This document shows, in pieces, positions 46,636-55,852 of a stretch of DNA of 64,000 nucleotides; position 1 is the stretch's first letter; each line of letters starts with the position of its first letter. The notes beneath the pieces were generated by a model, which saw only the letters and a program-made list of their open reading frames with translations, was not told the origin of the DNA and did not search any database. A program made the translations under genes and the position numbers. The stretch is from positions 32,001-96,000 of IMG/VR virus record IMGVR_UViG_3300047313_000057; one strand, written 5' to 3'. The stretch is from a virus (taxonomy: Duplodnaviria; Caudoviricetes).

Positions 46636-47496
46636 CGCTTTCCGCCTCATCGGATTGCGATCGCCGACCATGTCAGGCCGGGACACGCCGCCCGCAGCCG
46701 CCTCTCGCTCCCGGCGCTTGCGCTGGCCTTCCTTCCGAGCCGCTGACTGCTGAGCCCGGTACTCCGGATCATTCCATAGCTCAGACTGCTTGCGTGCCCG
46801 GCTGGCCCGGCCGGCCTCGGTCTTGGTCCAGTGTTCGTCGGCGCGCGCTTTGTGTGAGGCGCTGATCTTGGCGGCGTTCTCGGGGCGTTTGTTGGCGTGG
46901 TTCTCGCCGCTCAGCTCGGAACGGCGCATCGGGTTCCGGTCGCCGGTCATCCGAATGCCCTGGCGGGCATGCGCTTCTGGTGTCTGTAACGGACTGCCGG
47001 GGCCAGATTTGCCAGCACGATATCGCGGATCACTCATCGCAGCGCTTTGCGTAGCGCTGGCCATGGCGCTCATGGCTGCACGATATTCGGGATCCTGCCA
47101 CTGAAGGCGCATGACCTCGACGTATGCACGCTTAGAAGTCGCATATTGCAAAGGAGTTGTTTTTCGCTTCCTGCCCTTGGTCATGCAGACAAGCGCGAAC
47201 AACATCTTTTTATACGGTTCGCCCCGCTTGCAAAATCTCGGCAGCAACCAATGGGCAATGAAATGTTCGCGAAAATTCAGATGGACGACGGAACTCCGCG
47301 TACCGCCAAAAGCACTCGGTATTGCGTGATGAATTTCGCGCTCTCCGCTCGGCAGTTTGCCACGCTTCAGCGCTTTTCCCATCAGCGCATCATAAAGCCG
47401 CTCTGACCAGCAACCGCACTTGGTCCTGTCACGCCAGGACAACTCGGCATCATAGGCACTTTCACGCATCGGTCTTCTCCGCGTCCGGCCGATCAA
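46615..47496 (-). CDS. Free-standing HNH homing endonuclease with repeated DNA-binding modules
   Basis: E.HH.IP...GG, L..REHF.AHWLL; repeats W.DPEYRA and GDRNPMRR; true start may be ~47469. Confidence 0.85.
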   Translation of the reverse strand: MIGRTRRRPMRESAYDAELSWRDRTKCGCWSERLYDALMGKALKRGKLPSGEREIHHAIPSAFGGTRSSVVHLNFREHFIAHWLLPRFCKRGEPYKKMLFALVCMTKGRKRKTTPLQYATSKRAYVEVMRLQWQDPEYRAAMSAMASATQSAAMSDPRYRAGKSGPGSPLQTPEAHARQGIRMTGDRNPMRRSELSGENHANKRPENAAKISASHKARADEHWTKTEAGRASRARKQSELWNDPEYRAQQSAARKEGQRKRREREAAAGGVSRPDMVGDRNPMRRKARVATFV

Positions 47497-47605
47497 GCCC
47501 GCGACGCATCGGGGGTTGCTCTCGCAACACCGAACGCGAAGAAGATTCGTGAAAGGGTGCTGCGTCGTTCAGATCGCGGCTGATCGCCCGCGATGATCTG
47601 ACCCG

Positions 47606-47634
47606 AATATAGGAGAGACTGGACCGAAACTCAA
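47606..47634 (-). promoter_or_regulatory. Putative sigma70-like promoter upstream of the HNH gene
   Basis: TTGAGT-N17-TATATT in an AT-rich intergenic region. Confidence 0.45.
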
Positions 47635-47724
47635 CAACTTTTACGTGATTTTAATTAGTAAGATTTTGCCATTAACTTAGGCGTTATTTTACCATACAAC
47701 TTTCAATCTATATTGCAAAAAACG

Positions 47725-48816
47725 TCAGACGCCCAAAAGTGACGAAATTGCAAAGGGTTGGCGGATGATGGCTCCCCATGTTCCGGCCAGCACTTTTTGT
47801 CGGAAACTTGAAAGTTGTCGAACTATAGGTTGCGCATGCATCTTCTCGTTGTAGGCCGCATACCCCGTAACCTGCCCTTCCACCTCCTCCGCGATAAGCT
47901 GCACGAGATTGCCCGCCGACTGCCCCTGCGGGTTCGACGTGCTGGTCTTGCCGTACTGGACCGCCGTCTCGAACCGGATGTTGGGGAAGTTCTTCTTGAG
48001 AAGATCGAACACGTTGACGTTGAACGTGTTGGTCGCCGTCAGCGCCACTTCCGAATTGGGCGACATCGCCAGCACCATCTTGGTGTCGGCTTCGACCAGA
48101 CCCTGCGTCTGGCTGATGAGCTGGAAGAACAGCGCCTGGATGTCGTTGAACACCTCGTTCGCGGTGGCATTGATGCTGCCGCCGGTGGTGAACCAGGTGG
48201 TGCCGCCCGCGGCCTTGGTCGCCGGGGTGATCGAGGCGGTCAGCGCCGGATCGTTGAGGAGGCCGTAGTTTTGCAAACCTGCTACTCCGAAGAAGTAAGT
48301 CAAGTTTGAAAACTTATTCAAAATAGTTGCGGCTCCCTGGTCGATTTCGGAAACCCAGTTAATACGCGCCAAACCTGCACGTTCTAACTCGCGGTCACCA
48401 TACTCTTTAATAGTTTGAAAAAGGTATGCCTGCCTTTGTGGCCAAATTGTGTTAACATTCGCGCGCCCGCTTTCCGCGAAGTCGCCGTAGGAACTCACCT
48501 CTCCCGTGTGCTCGACGGTCGGGAACATGGCGGTCTCGTCCAACCACGTACCCTTCCTCACCTCGCCCAGGATCACCGCCGCCCGGTTGGGGGCGAACAG
48601 GATCTTGAACACCGCGGGATCGATCATCGTGGTGAGGAACAGCGGCACGCCGGCGTTGGGCGTGGTGGCGAGGGCCGGCAGCGCGTCCATCGCCATCTCG
48701 AAGTTGCGCTTGAACTCCTCCGGGACGTAGCTCACCACGTCCGGAAGGGTGACGCCGCGGGCGACGAGCTGAGCGGAATCGGCCGCATAGGCGGCCATGG
48801 CTTCTTGAAGATTCAC
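47725..48816 (-). CDS. Major capsid protein (DUF2184 family)
   Basis: GTG start with AAGGAG; DP.V..IL.AP..A..I.GE..KG.W, YGD, RQ.Y.FQT...YG..E, F.QK...GTWG.II.QP. Confidence 0.9.
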   Translation of the reverse strand: MNLQEAMAAYAADSAQLVARGVTLPDVVSYVPEEFKRNFEMAMDALPALATTPNAGVPLFLTTMIDPAVFKILFAPNRAAVILGEVRKGTWLDETAMFPTVEHTGEVSSYGDFAESGRANVNTIWPQRQAYLFQTIKEYGDRELERAGLARINWVSEIDQGAATILNKFSNLTYFFGVAGLQNYGLLNDPALTASITPATKAAGGTTWFTTGGSINATANEVFNDIQALFFQLISQTQGLVEADTKMVLAMSPNSEVALTATNTFNVNVFDLLKKNFPNIRFETAVQYGKTSTSNPQGQSAGNLVQLIAEEVEGQVTGYAAYNEKMHAQPIVRQLSSFRQKVLAGTWGAIIRQPFAISSLLGV

Positions 48817-48841
48817 GTTGGTTACTCCTTTCCGCCGTCGC

Positions 48842-49846
48842 TCAGCCGTAGAGCCAGCTTGAGATCTTGACCAATTCGCCCGCCGCCCCCGACGAGGTGG
48901 CGATGAACTTGGTCTGGATGTTGCCCTGTCCGGTGATCGTCTGTGAGCCGGCGATCGTCTGCGAGGCATTGACGAGGTAGGTGCCGGTGCCGCCCGAGCC
49001 GGTGCCGAACGCCGAGACGTAGGTGCCCACGATCGGGTTGGTGCCGGTCGACGCGGTAAGCAGCATCCCGAGACCGATGGTCCCGGTGACGGCGGTCACC
49101 GTCATCAGGCCGGCGGTCTGCGAGAACGTCGCGCCGGTCACCGTCTGTTCGGGGATGTTGAGAGCGTAGGTCCCGGCGCCGCCCGGCGTGCCCGAGAGCT
49201 GCGAGATGATCTGGGTGCCGGTCGCCGCAGCGCCGGTGCCGCCCGAGGAGGAGATGGTGCCGCCGACGGTGACGGTGCCGGAGGCGAGCGCGGCCACGGT
49301 GAGGATGTTGCCGGCGATCGATCCGGTAAAGGATGCGGTCTGCGGCCCGATCGACCCGGTAATGCTCGCGGTGGTGCCGGAGACCGTGCCGGTGCCGATC
49401 GCCGACTGTGACCCGTTGGCGAACAGCACGCGGCCGTCGGCGAAGTTCGCGAACGCATACTGGCCGATGGTCGCCTGCGTCGAACCGTCGTTCTTGACCC
49501 AGAAGTCGCCGGCATTGAACACGGTGACCGGGAACCCGGCCGGGATCACCATGCCGGCTTCGGAGAGGAACGTCGTAATCAGCGCCTGCTGCTCGCGGTG
49601 GACGATGCCCGCGGGTGCCCCCGGCGCGAGGACCGATGCCGTCGCGAAGTTGTTGACCTGCGCCGGCGCGTTGTCGGTATCGGCCGACGTATACGAGAGC
49701 CACGCAAAACGGCCGACGGTGACGCCGGAAGGCCCGGCGACGAGGCCGCCGGGGCCCGCATCGACGGTCGCGCGCGGATTGGTGCTCGCGAAGTCGCCCG
49801 CCACCGCGGGGGCGGGCTGCACGTTGACCTGATTCGGGAAAGGCAT
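48842..49846 (-). CDS. Capsid cement/decoration protein with Ser/Thr-rich insert
   Basis: F..QVN..PAPAV.GDFAS.NP, G.VHREQQALIT..L, GDFW, GELVKIS. Confidence 0.85.
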   Translation of the reverse strand: MPFPNQVNVQPAPAVAGDFASTNPRATVDAGPGGLVAGPSGVTVGRFAWLSYTSADTDNAPAQVNNFATASVLAPGAPAGIVHREQQALITTFLSEAGMVIPAGFPVTVFNAGDFWVKNDGSTQATIGQYAFANFADGRVLFANGSQSAIGTGTVSGTTASITGSIGPQTASFTGSIAGNILTVAALASGTVTVGGTISSSGGTGAAATGTQIISQLSGTPGGAGTYALNIPEQTVTGATFSQTAGLMTVTAVTGTIGLGMLLTASTGTNPIVGTYVSAFGTGSGGTGTYLVNASQTIAGSQTITGQGNIQTKFIATSSGAAGELVKISSWLYG

Positions 49847-49868
49847 GGCCTGGTGCTCCTCAAAGAGA

Positions 49869-49923
49869 CCGGCCCATGAAAAAACCCGCCGCGCCGGGAC
49901 GCTGCGGGCTTTTCATGAGCCGG
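49869..49923 (-). terminator. Long inverted repeat/intrinsic terminator-like hairpin
   Basis: CATGAAAA-GCCCGC...GCGGG-TTTTTTCATG; T-tract on the minus strand and a shorter one on the plus strand. Confidence 0.6.
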
Positions 49924-49940
49924 AGGGGTAAGCGAAAATG

Positions 49941-52052
49941 TCAGGTAAGCCGGATGCGACCGGCGTCGGGATAGCGGTCGAGGAACGAGCCGACCTGCAC
50001 GGATTCGTCGGCGGCGACCCGTGCCGCAAGCCGTGGCTTGGCACCGGGCTTGGGCTGCATCTCGAGGATGGTGCGCAGCGCACTTGCATGAACGCGGTCG
50101 ACGCCGGGGACGCCGAGCATCTTGAGTGCCTTGCGGTAGACCTGCTCGTCGGAATCAAACGCCATGGCGAGGTTGCCCACCCACGGCTGGACGATGCGCT
50201 CCGCGTCGCGGATATCGCGCTGGATCTTGCGCTCGGCTTCCGCCGCCGCCCGCAGCGCCTTCTCCATCTCGTCCTGGGTGATGTACTTGCGGTCGCCGGA
50301 GACCTTGCCTCCGGGGGTGGGGTTGCCCTTGAATGCCGGGGGCTGGTCTTTCGCGGTCATGTGGTCTTCCTTCTCCTCATGTTCTTCATCGGTGGCAGCT
50401 TCGCCTTTCCGCACGGCGTCTTCGGGATCCTCAGCGGCACCCTCATGGGCAGCGCCGAGTTTCTCCAGCTGCTCCTCGCCCTTGGCGTTCGGCTCGCCTT
50501 CGTCGGCCTCGACGGAGGCCGAACCGATGCCCATCATTTCGCAGACGCGGGCGAAGTCCTCTTCCGAAAGCTTGCCGCGGAGGAAAGCCTTGAGTTCCTC
50601 GTTGTCGCCCTCGTCCTCATCGACGGGGCCTGCGGGCTTGGCAATCTCCGCGCCGTTCGGCCCCTTCGGCGCGGGCTTGCCTGCGGGCTCGATCCCGGGC
50701 TGCCCTGCCTCCTGCCCCGGCTCCAGTCCAGGCGTCTCCTGCGGCTCCAGCACGGCAGTGTTCTCCATCGACTTCTGGATGCCCGGATCGACCGCCTCGT
50801 CGGCATCATCGATCTCGCCGCCGTGCGCCTCCAGCATGTCGAGGAATTCGGCGACCTCGCCCAGCGAGGTATCCCGGGCGAGCTTGCCGCGGCACGCCTT
50901 CTTGAGGGCCGCAGCCACCGCCGGCTTGCGGTCGCGCAGGTCTTCGGCCGTCAGGCCGCACAGGATGGGCCGCAGGTCGATCCCCTTGTCGGCGGCGAGC
51001 TTCGACCTCACGTAGGGAGCGAGAACCCCGATCGCGATCGCCGCGGTTCTCGTCATGGGCTTCTTCGCCATTTTCAGGTTCTCCTTGGAATCGCCAACCA
51101 CGACGTCGGCGCCGGCCCTTCCTTCGCGGACCAGGGCGACGTGATTTCCGACGATCGCCGTCATGACGCCGTCGTATTTCTCACTCTCGTAAATGCCGGG
51201 CTTCATCACCGGCTTGTAGTGGTAGCCGCAGCTCAGTTCTTTCTGCTCGCCGCTCACGATCGCCCTGATGGCGTCGCCGTCCCAGATCTTGAGACTGCAG
51301 CGCAGGAACGGCGCTTCGAATACGCAGTCCGATCCGGTCGTGCCGACCACATATTTCTTGGCCTGGTCGGCGTAGTCTTCGGCAAAGACCGGGACGTGCT
51401 GGGACAGGACGGGCAGATTGCAGAACGAAGGCGCGGCCTTCGCCAGTTCCTTGGGGTCGCGCAGCAGCTGATAGATGCGGCCGGGATCAAGCCCCAACTC
51501 TTCGGCGCCGGGGATTTCTCGACCGATGTAGGGGTTCACCCGTGCCGCGGAGATGTTGGTGATCTCGACGTCGAGGCGGCCGTCCTGGTCGATCTCGCGG
51601 ACCGACGCGCGGTCAAGGGCCAGTCTTTCAAAAGGAACAAACGGAAGTTCCGCCAATTTAATTGCTAACGCTCTAACATCTACTGCAAAAGGAAAACCAT
51701 GATTATCAAGATCATCAGCTATCTTTAGCAAAGCTGCTGAAGTATTTACTTTGATCGCTTTCTTTTCCTGACTAATAATCCCTTGCTTAGCAGCCCTAGT
51801 GCGCAATACACCATAACTACGCTTCTCCACCAAAGCTCTTGTCAAAATCGGAGTCGGCACCGGCACGCCCCAGTAGCCGCCCACCGCGGCCTCCGTGCCA
51901 AGCACCGCATCGAACACGATGCCGTGCTCGTCCACGGTCCAGGCATGCTCGACGGGCACACCGTCAGCAAGGACGGCGTAGCCCTCGACGTAGGTGCGCC
52001 CGGTCGCCAGCGCGTCATGCGCCGCGCGCCGGCAGGCATCGATGGCGGGCAT
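49941..52052 (-). CDS. DUF2213 head maturation protease/scaffold with extra N-terminal domain
   Basis: R..D.DGRL, V.PY.G.EIP, ELSCGY, NHVALV..GRAG core; acidic scaffold-like C-half; N-terminal YVEGYA...HAW domain. Confidence 0.85.
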   Translation of the reverse strand: MPAIDACRRAAHDALATGRTYVEGYAVLADGVPVEHAWTVDEHGIVFDAVLGTEAAVGGYWGVPVPTPILTRALVEKRSYGVLRTRAAKQGIISQEKKAIKVNTSAALLKIADDLDNHGFPFAVDVRALAIKLAELPFVPFERLALDRASVREIDQDGRLDVEITNISAARVNPYIGREIPGAEELGLDPGRIYQLLRDPKELAKAAPSFCNLPVLSQHVPVFAEDYADQAKKYVVGTTGSDCVFEAPFLRCSLKIWDGDAIRAIVSGEQKELSCGYHYKPVMKPGIYESEKYDGVMTAIVGNHVALVREGRAGADVVVGDSKENLKMAKKPMTRTAAIAIGVLAPYVRSKLAADKGIDLRPILCGLTAEDLRDRKPAVAAALKKACRGKLARDTSLGEVAEFLDMLEAHGGEIDDADEAVDPGIQKSMENTAVLEPQETPGLEPGQEAGQPGIEPAGKPAPKGPNGAEIAKPAGPVDEDEGDNEELKAFLRGKLSEEDFARVCEMMGIGSASVEADEGEPNAKGEEQLEKLGAAHEGAAEDPEDAVRKGEAATDEEHEEKEDHMTAKDQPPAFKGNPTPGGKVSGDRKYITQDEMEKALRAAAEAERKIQRDIRDAERIVQPWVGNLAMAFDSDEQVYRKALKMLGVPGVDRVHASALRTILEMQPKPGAKPRLAARVAADESVQVGSFLDRYPDAGRIRLT

Positions 52053-52053
52053 C

Positions 52054-52941
52054 TCAGTCGCGGTTATGGAAGTTGAAGTGGAATATGAGGCATGACAAAT
52101 CGGCCCCGGATTTGCGGAACTCCGACAGATCGACGAGCACCGGCTTGAACCCCATCACCTCGATCGTGCGCTCCAGCCGCTTGCGGCTGTCGGCTTTCTC
52201 CTGACCCGCCTCGTCGCGCGGGATATCGACCAGGATCTTGTCGTTGAGCCGCACGCCGTTGGTCCAGCCGTCATAGACGCAGTCCTTGGGGACCGGAATC
52301 AGATCGAGCACCGCCTCCAGCTTCTTCACGTCCGCCGGATCGAACACCGAGACCGAGGCCAGCGCCGCCTCGCCCGTGATCGGGAAGAATGAGCAGTCGA
52401 AGTGGTAGAGCTTCTCGTCGGTCATCCGGACCGGGATGACGTTGCAGCCCAGCTCTTCGGCCATCCAATCGTAGGTCTTGGCGTCGGTGCGGATGCCGCA
52501 GCCGCCGGCATAAAGGTTCCCGTGCAGGTACTTGAGATCCGCCTCGCCCTCCCAGAAATGCGGCGACTGCGCGATCCTGTAACCGAGGCCCTCGAAGAAC
52601 GCCGCCCCGACCTTCTCCTCGCCGCGCCGCGGCCTGGACTTGAAGTTCGACAGTGCCACCGTGCCGTCATGCGGCAGGTACGCGCCGATGTTGGCGACGA
52701 ACGGCAGGTCCTGGAGGTCGTCCTGCCCGTAATCCGGCATGACCATCACGAGGGCATCGTCCGCGGTGAGCGCCTGGTAAAGATCGCGCCATTGCGAGAA
52801 CGCCTTCTCGTAATCGTAGGGCTCGCCCTCGGTCTCCTTCATCAGCGGATTGTTGGCGGCGCGGTTGTCGACCGTATAGGGAAAGTTCATCATGAAGGCC
52901 GGCGTATCGAGCTGCGAAGGCAGCATCACCCGGTTGGCCAT
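52054..52941 (-). CDS. Amidinotransferase/dimethylarginine dimethylaminohydrolase family protein
   Basis: N..M, QW..L, D..F.AN, R.GE, EGE.D, YH.D, SEF.K.G....C pentein motifs. Confidence 0.85.
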   Translation of the reverse strand: MANRVMLPSQLDTPAFMMNFPYTVDNRAANNPLMKETEGEPYDYEKAFSQWRDLYQALTADDALVMVMPDYGQDDLQDLPFVANIGAYLPHDGTVALSNFKSRPRRGEEKVGAAFFEGLGYRIAQSPHFWEGEADLKYLHGNLYAGGCGIRTDAKTYDWMAEELGCNVIPVRMTDEKLYHFDCSFFPITGEAALASVSVFDPADVKKLEAVLDLIPVPKDCVYDGWTNGVRLNDKILVDIPRDEAGQEKADSRKRLERTIEVMGFKPVLVDLSEFRKSGADLSCLIFHFNFHNRD

Positions 52942-55001
52942 TTCCCCGCGTCCCGGTAGAGCCATATCTTGCCGATCCGCTCCGGCTGGAAATACTTCTT
53001 GACGAGGTCGATGACGGCGCGCGGATCGAACGCCGCACAGGAAAACAGGTCGAAGTAGAGGCACCACTGGTCGTCGTCGCCGTGGAAGGTGATCGTCGAT
53101 GTCGTGATGATCTGCACCGCGGTCAGGCCGCGCCCCTCCTCTGGATTATCGACGCGGACCACGATCAGGTCGCCGATCGGCTTCATCTTGGTGATGGCGA
53201 GCAAATCTTTGAAGAACGCCCGCACCGTCGTCTCGTCGTCGATCCCCTCGTTGCACCCGGAAATGTCGAGGATGAGATGATAGCCCCAGTGCTTTCCGGC
53301 CTCTGACTTCTTCGGATTGTCGGCGACTTCGATCGGAGCTTCCAGCGTACCGGTCTCATCGCCTGTCATGAAGGCGCGGCCGTGGCGGAGCACAAAACCC
53401 TCGACCGAACGCGGGCGGCGCCGCGCCTCAAGTTCGAGGCAGCCTCTGACCAGTTCGTCCTTGGCTTTGGCGCGCTTGGATAATTCCTTTTCTGCCCCTT
53501 TCGACGCGTTCTCCTTCATCCATGCAAGCGTTTTGCGTATCGTATCGTCGAACTCGGCCTTTCGCTTGGCTTCGTCGGGCTCCATGTTCGACTCGCGGCG
53601 CGCCGCGCGCACGTTAAGCATGTTCCACTTGGCTATCTCGTCGATCATGCCCTTGCGCGTTTTCTCGCGGGTATTGGGGTGGCCCATGCCGGCCGAGATT
53701 TGCTTCATCGTTTCGAGGCTGATGCTTTTGTCCGCCTTCAGCTTCGCAAGCAGTTCATCGAACTTGGCCGGGTCGGCGTAGTTTTTGTAAAGCCCATCGA
53801 TGTAACTTTGCGAACTCGATACCGCCGGTTTTGGCTTCGCCTCCTTTTCCGCCATCGGCTTCTTCGGTTTCACGCCTTTGTTGCTCCCGATAGGAGTCTT
53901 TTCGCTCTTGACCTCCCTTGTCGTTGCACTCACGTTGAGCGCAGCGCTCATGAGCGTGTCTTTTGGAATCTGCTCGGAAAGCTCGTTGATCCAAGCTGCC
54001 AAGTCTTCCTTCGTCGGCTCGCCTTTGAACTCGGCCTGATAACCCTTCTTGGTGAGCTCGCTGCCAAGACTAGCGGCAGCCTCTGGAACCTTCAGCTTGC
54101 GCCGTGTCAGCAGGAGATAGGAAATCTCCTTCGCAGGGCCGCTTATTTCGGCCTTCGGAGGCTGCTTTTTTGATTTCCCTTTTCCATGCAGTATCTGCTG
54201 GAGTTCGACGAAATGCTCCGGCGACAGCTTGTCGCGAAGGAAATCCTCAAGGGCCTGTATCTTCGCTGCTTGGCCGCCGCTCTTCTTTTCGGCCTTAGCC
54301 TTCGCGGTTTTCTCGGTGCCAGCGTTGCCCCCGCCTCCGCCGCCTGACGTAAACTGCCCGGCATTGCCCGGCTGCCCGCGCGGATGTTTACCTTCCTCCC
54401 AGTCGGCATCCGATGCGGCGAGAACTTCGTGCTCTTCATCAAAGGCCGCGTCTTCGCCGCGTGCGAACGATTCATCAATCGCCCGCTCGCCGTCTTCATT
54501 ATCGTCCGGCGGATACCTGATCGTGTCGCGCACCGTATTGCCGCGATCCTCCCGGCCATCCTGCCCCATCCCCTTGATGGTCGAGACAAGCCCCGGATGC
54601 GTTGGCTTGGGCGGCGCCTCCAGCGGCACCCAGGCATGGCCGTTGTGCTCGCCGTTGAGCCGCGGCTCCAGCGCCTTCGGCACTTGAACCATGAACGTCG
54701 TATAATCGACGTCGGGGGTCGCGGTATGGCCGACCATCTTCAGGGATCCCGGATCGTTGATGACGATGCCGGTCTCCTCCTTGAGTTCCCGCATGGCGGC
54801 CTGGACCGGGATCTCGTGCGGCTCGACCCCGCCGCCCGGGATGCTCCATTCGCCCGGGTGATCGCCCTGGCCCGAGCGGCGCAGGAACAGCGCCCGGCCG
54901 TCAGGTGTAACCAGCAGGATGCCGGCGGCGCGCATCGCGGCATCGGCGGCCTTGCGCGCCAATGGAATGCCGGCATTGGCTGCGGTCGCTGCTGCGGTCA
55001 T
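52926..55001 (-). CDS. Polyprotein: NUDIX hydrolase + KHPRG motif + helical domain + SpeD-like pyruvoyl decarboxylase
   Basis: Nudix box GGVEPHE....AAMRELKEETG; C-terminal WGYHLILD..C, I.TS.IT.H, Y.DLFSC..FD; internal in-frame ATG at 53369. Confidence 0.85.
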   Translation of the reverse strand: MTAAATAANAGIPLARKAADAAMRAAGILLVTPDGRALFLRRSGQGDHPGEWSIPGGGVEPHEIPVQAAMRELKEETGIVINDPGSLKMVGHTATPDVDYTTFMVQVPKALEPRLNGEHNGHAWVPLEAPPKPTHPGLVSTIKGMGQDGREDRGNTVRDTIRYPPDDNEDGERAIDESFARGEDAAFDEEHEVLAASDADWEEGKHPRGQPGNAGQFTSGGGGGGNAGTEKTAKAKAEKKSGGQAAKIQALEDFLRDKLSPEHFVELQQILHGKGKSKKQPPKAEISGPAKEISYLLLTRRKLKVPEAAASLGSELTKKGYQAEFKGEPTKEDLAAWINELSEQIPKDTLMSAALNVSATTREVKSEKTPIGSNKGVKPKKPMAEKEAKPKPAVSSSQSYIDGLYKNYADPAKFDELLAKLKADKSISLETMKQISAGMGHPNTREKTRKGMIDEIAKWNMLNVRAARRESNMEPDEAKRKAEFDDTIRKTLAWMKENASKGAEKELSKRAKAKDELVRGCLELEARRRPRSVEGFVLRHGRAFMTGDETGTLEAPIEVADNPKKSEAGKHWGYHLILDISGCNEGIDDETTVRAFFKDLLAITKMKPIGDLIVVRVDNPEEGRGLTAVQIITTSTITFHGDDDQWCLYFDLFSCAAFDPRAVIDLVKKYFQPERIGKIWLYRDAGKWPTG

Positions 55002-55105
55002 GACGGGTCAGCCTCGCGCCACCCTCGCGGCTCACGGAGGATGGACAAGCAGGAGAGGGCGGCGGCGAGACCTCATCCGGCACCAAGGGCTTGGCCGGAT
55101 CCCTT

Positions 55106-55387
55106 TTAGAACTTCTTGAACACCGCGAGATTACTGATGACATAGCGGCCGAGCGGGCCCATGCCGCAGCCGACCTGGGCCTCGAATCCCGCGAGATGCA
55201 TCTCATCCAAGAGCGCGCACACCGGGCCATGCACTTCGGCCAGCCGCTGCTTGAACTCCGCGGCGAGTTCCTTGTCGGTCTTGCCGGGGACGACTTGAAC
55301 GACATTACCGCCGTTGCCGCCTGTGTACGCGGGTTTGTAATCGTTGCTAGCGTTGCCGCTCGTCCCTGAACTAAACTGCTGCGTCAT
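55106..55387 (-). CDS. Hypothetical protein
   Basis: GAGG RBS; 93 aa. Confidence 0.6.
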   Translation of the reverse strand: MTQQFSSGTSGNASNDYKPAYTGGNGGNVVQVVPGKTDKELAAEFKQRLAEVHGPVCALLDEMHLAGFEAQVGCGMGPLGRYVISNLAVFKKF

Positions 55388-55525
55388 GACATCCTCGATG
55401 GAATTGACGGGACGGCCGGCAAGCCCCTTTGCTTGCGATTGCGAACCTCACGACCGTCCCTGCTATGTGTCGCCGTTATCGAGGCGACGCCGAATTTCTC
55501 AACTCTTCGTCACGACATCCTTGAT
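55379..55525. repeat. 21-bp imperfect direct repeat (55379..55399 and 55505..55525) enclosing a hairpin-rich spacer
   Basis: 18/21 identity; stem 55409..55418 pairs with 55451..55460. Confidence 0.65.
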
Positions 55526-55710
55526 CCCATCGGCGCGTCCATGACCCTGCCCCGGGTGCCGGCATGGCCTATCATCTGATCAGCAACGGTGCGCGCCTCG
55601 AAGAGATGGCCGAGCATCCGGTCGCGCAGCACGCTCTCAGGCAATTGGCCCGCCGCGGTGATCGTCTCCATCAGGAGGTTGATGACGCGCTGCTGGATTT
55701 GCGTGGTCAC
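55510..55710 (-). CDS. Hypothetical protein
   Basis: 66-aa ORF. Confidence 0.45.
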   Translation of the reverse strand: MTTQIQQRVINLLMETITAAGQLPESVLRDRMLGHLFEARTVADQMIGHAGTRGRVMDAPMGSRMS

Positions 55711-55852
55711 CGCACAAACCTCGCCGGTTCATTTCCCATAAAACGTCGTTACGCAGTTCCCAGACATCTTCGCCATCGACTTCACGATCATACAGGCGCT
55801 CTTCATATTCTATCAGAGCTGCATCGGTCCAACCGTCCCAATCTGCCATCAC
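55637..55852 (-). CDS. Small acidic hypothetical protein
   Basis: GTGA overlap with the MuF stop. Confidence 0.4.
   Translation of the reverse strand: MMADWDGWTDAALIEYEERLYDREVDGEDVWELRNDVLWEMNRRGLCGDHANPAARHQPPDGDDHRGGPIA

Noticed and set aside
46615-47720. Group I intron carrying the HNH gene
   Set aside because: The capsid gene ends intact before it and no interrupted flanking exons are evident.
55409-55460. Hammerhead ribozyme or tRNA
   Set aside because: No CUGANGA/GAAA core and no cloverleaf or T-loop consensus; no tRNA or rRNA was recognised anywhere in the window.
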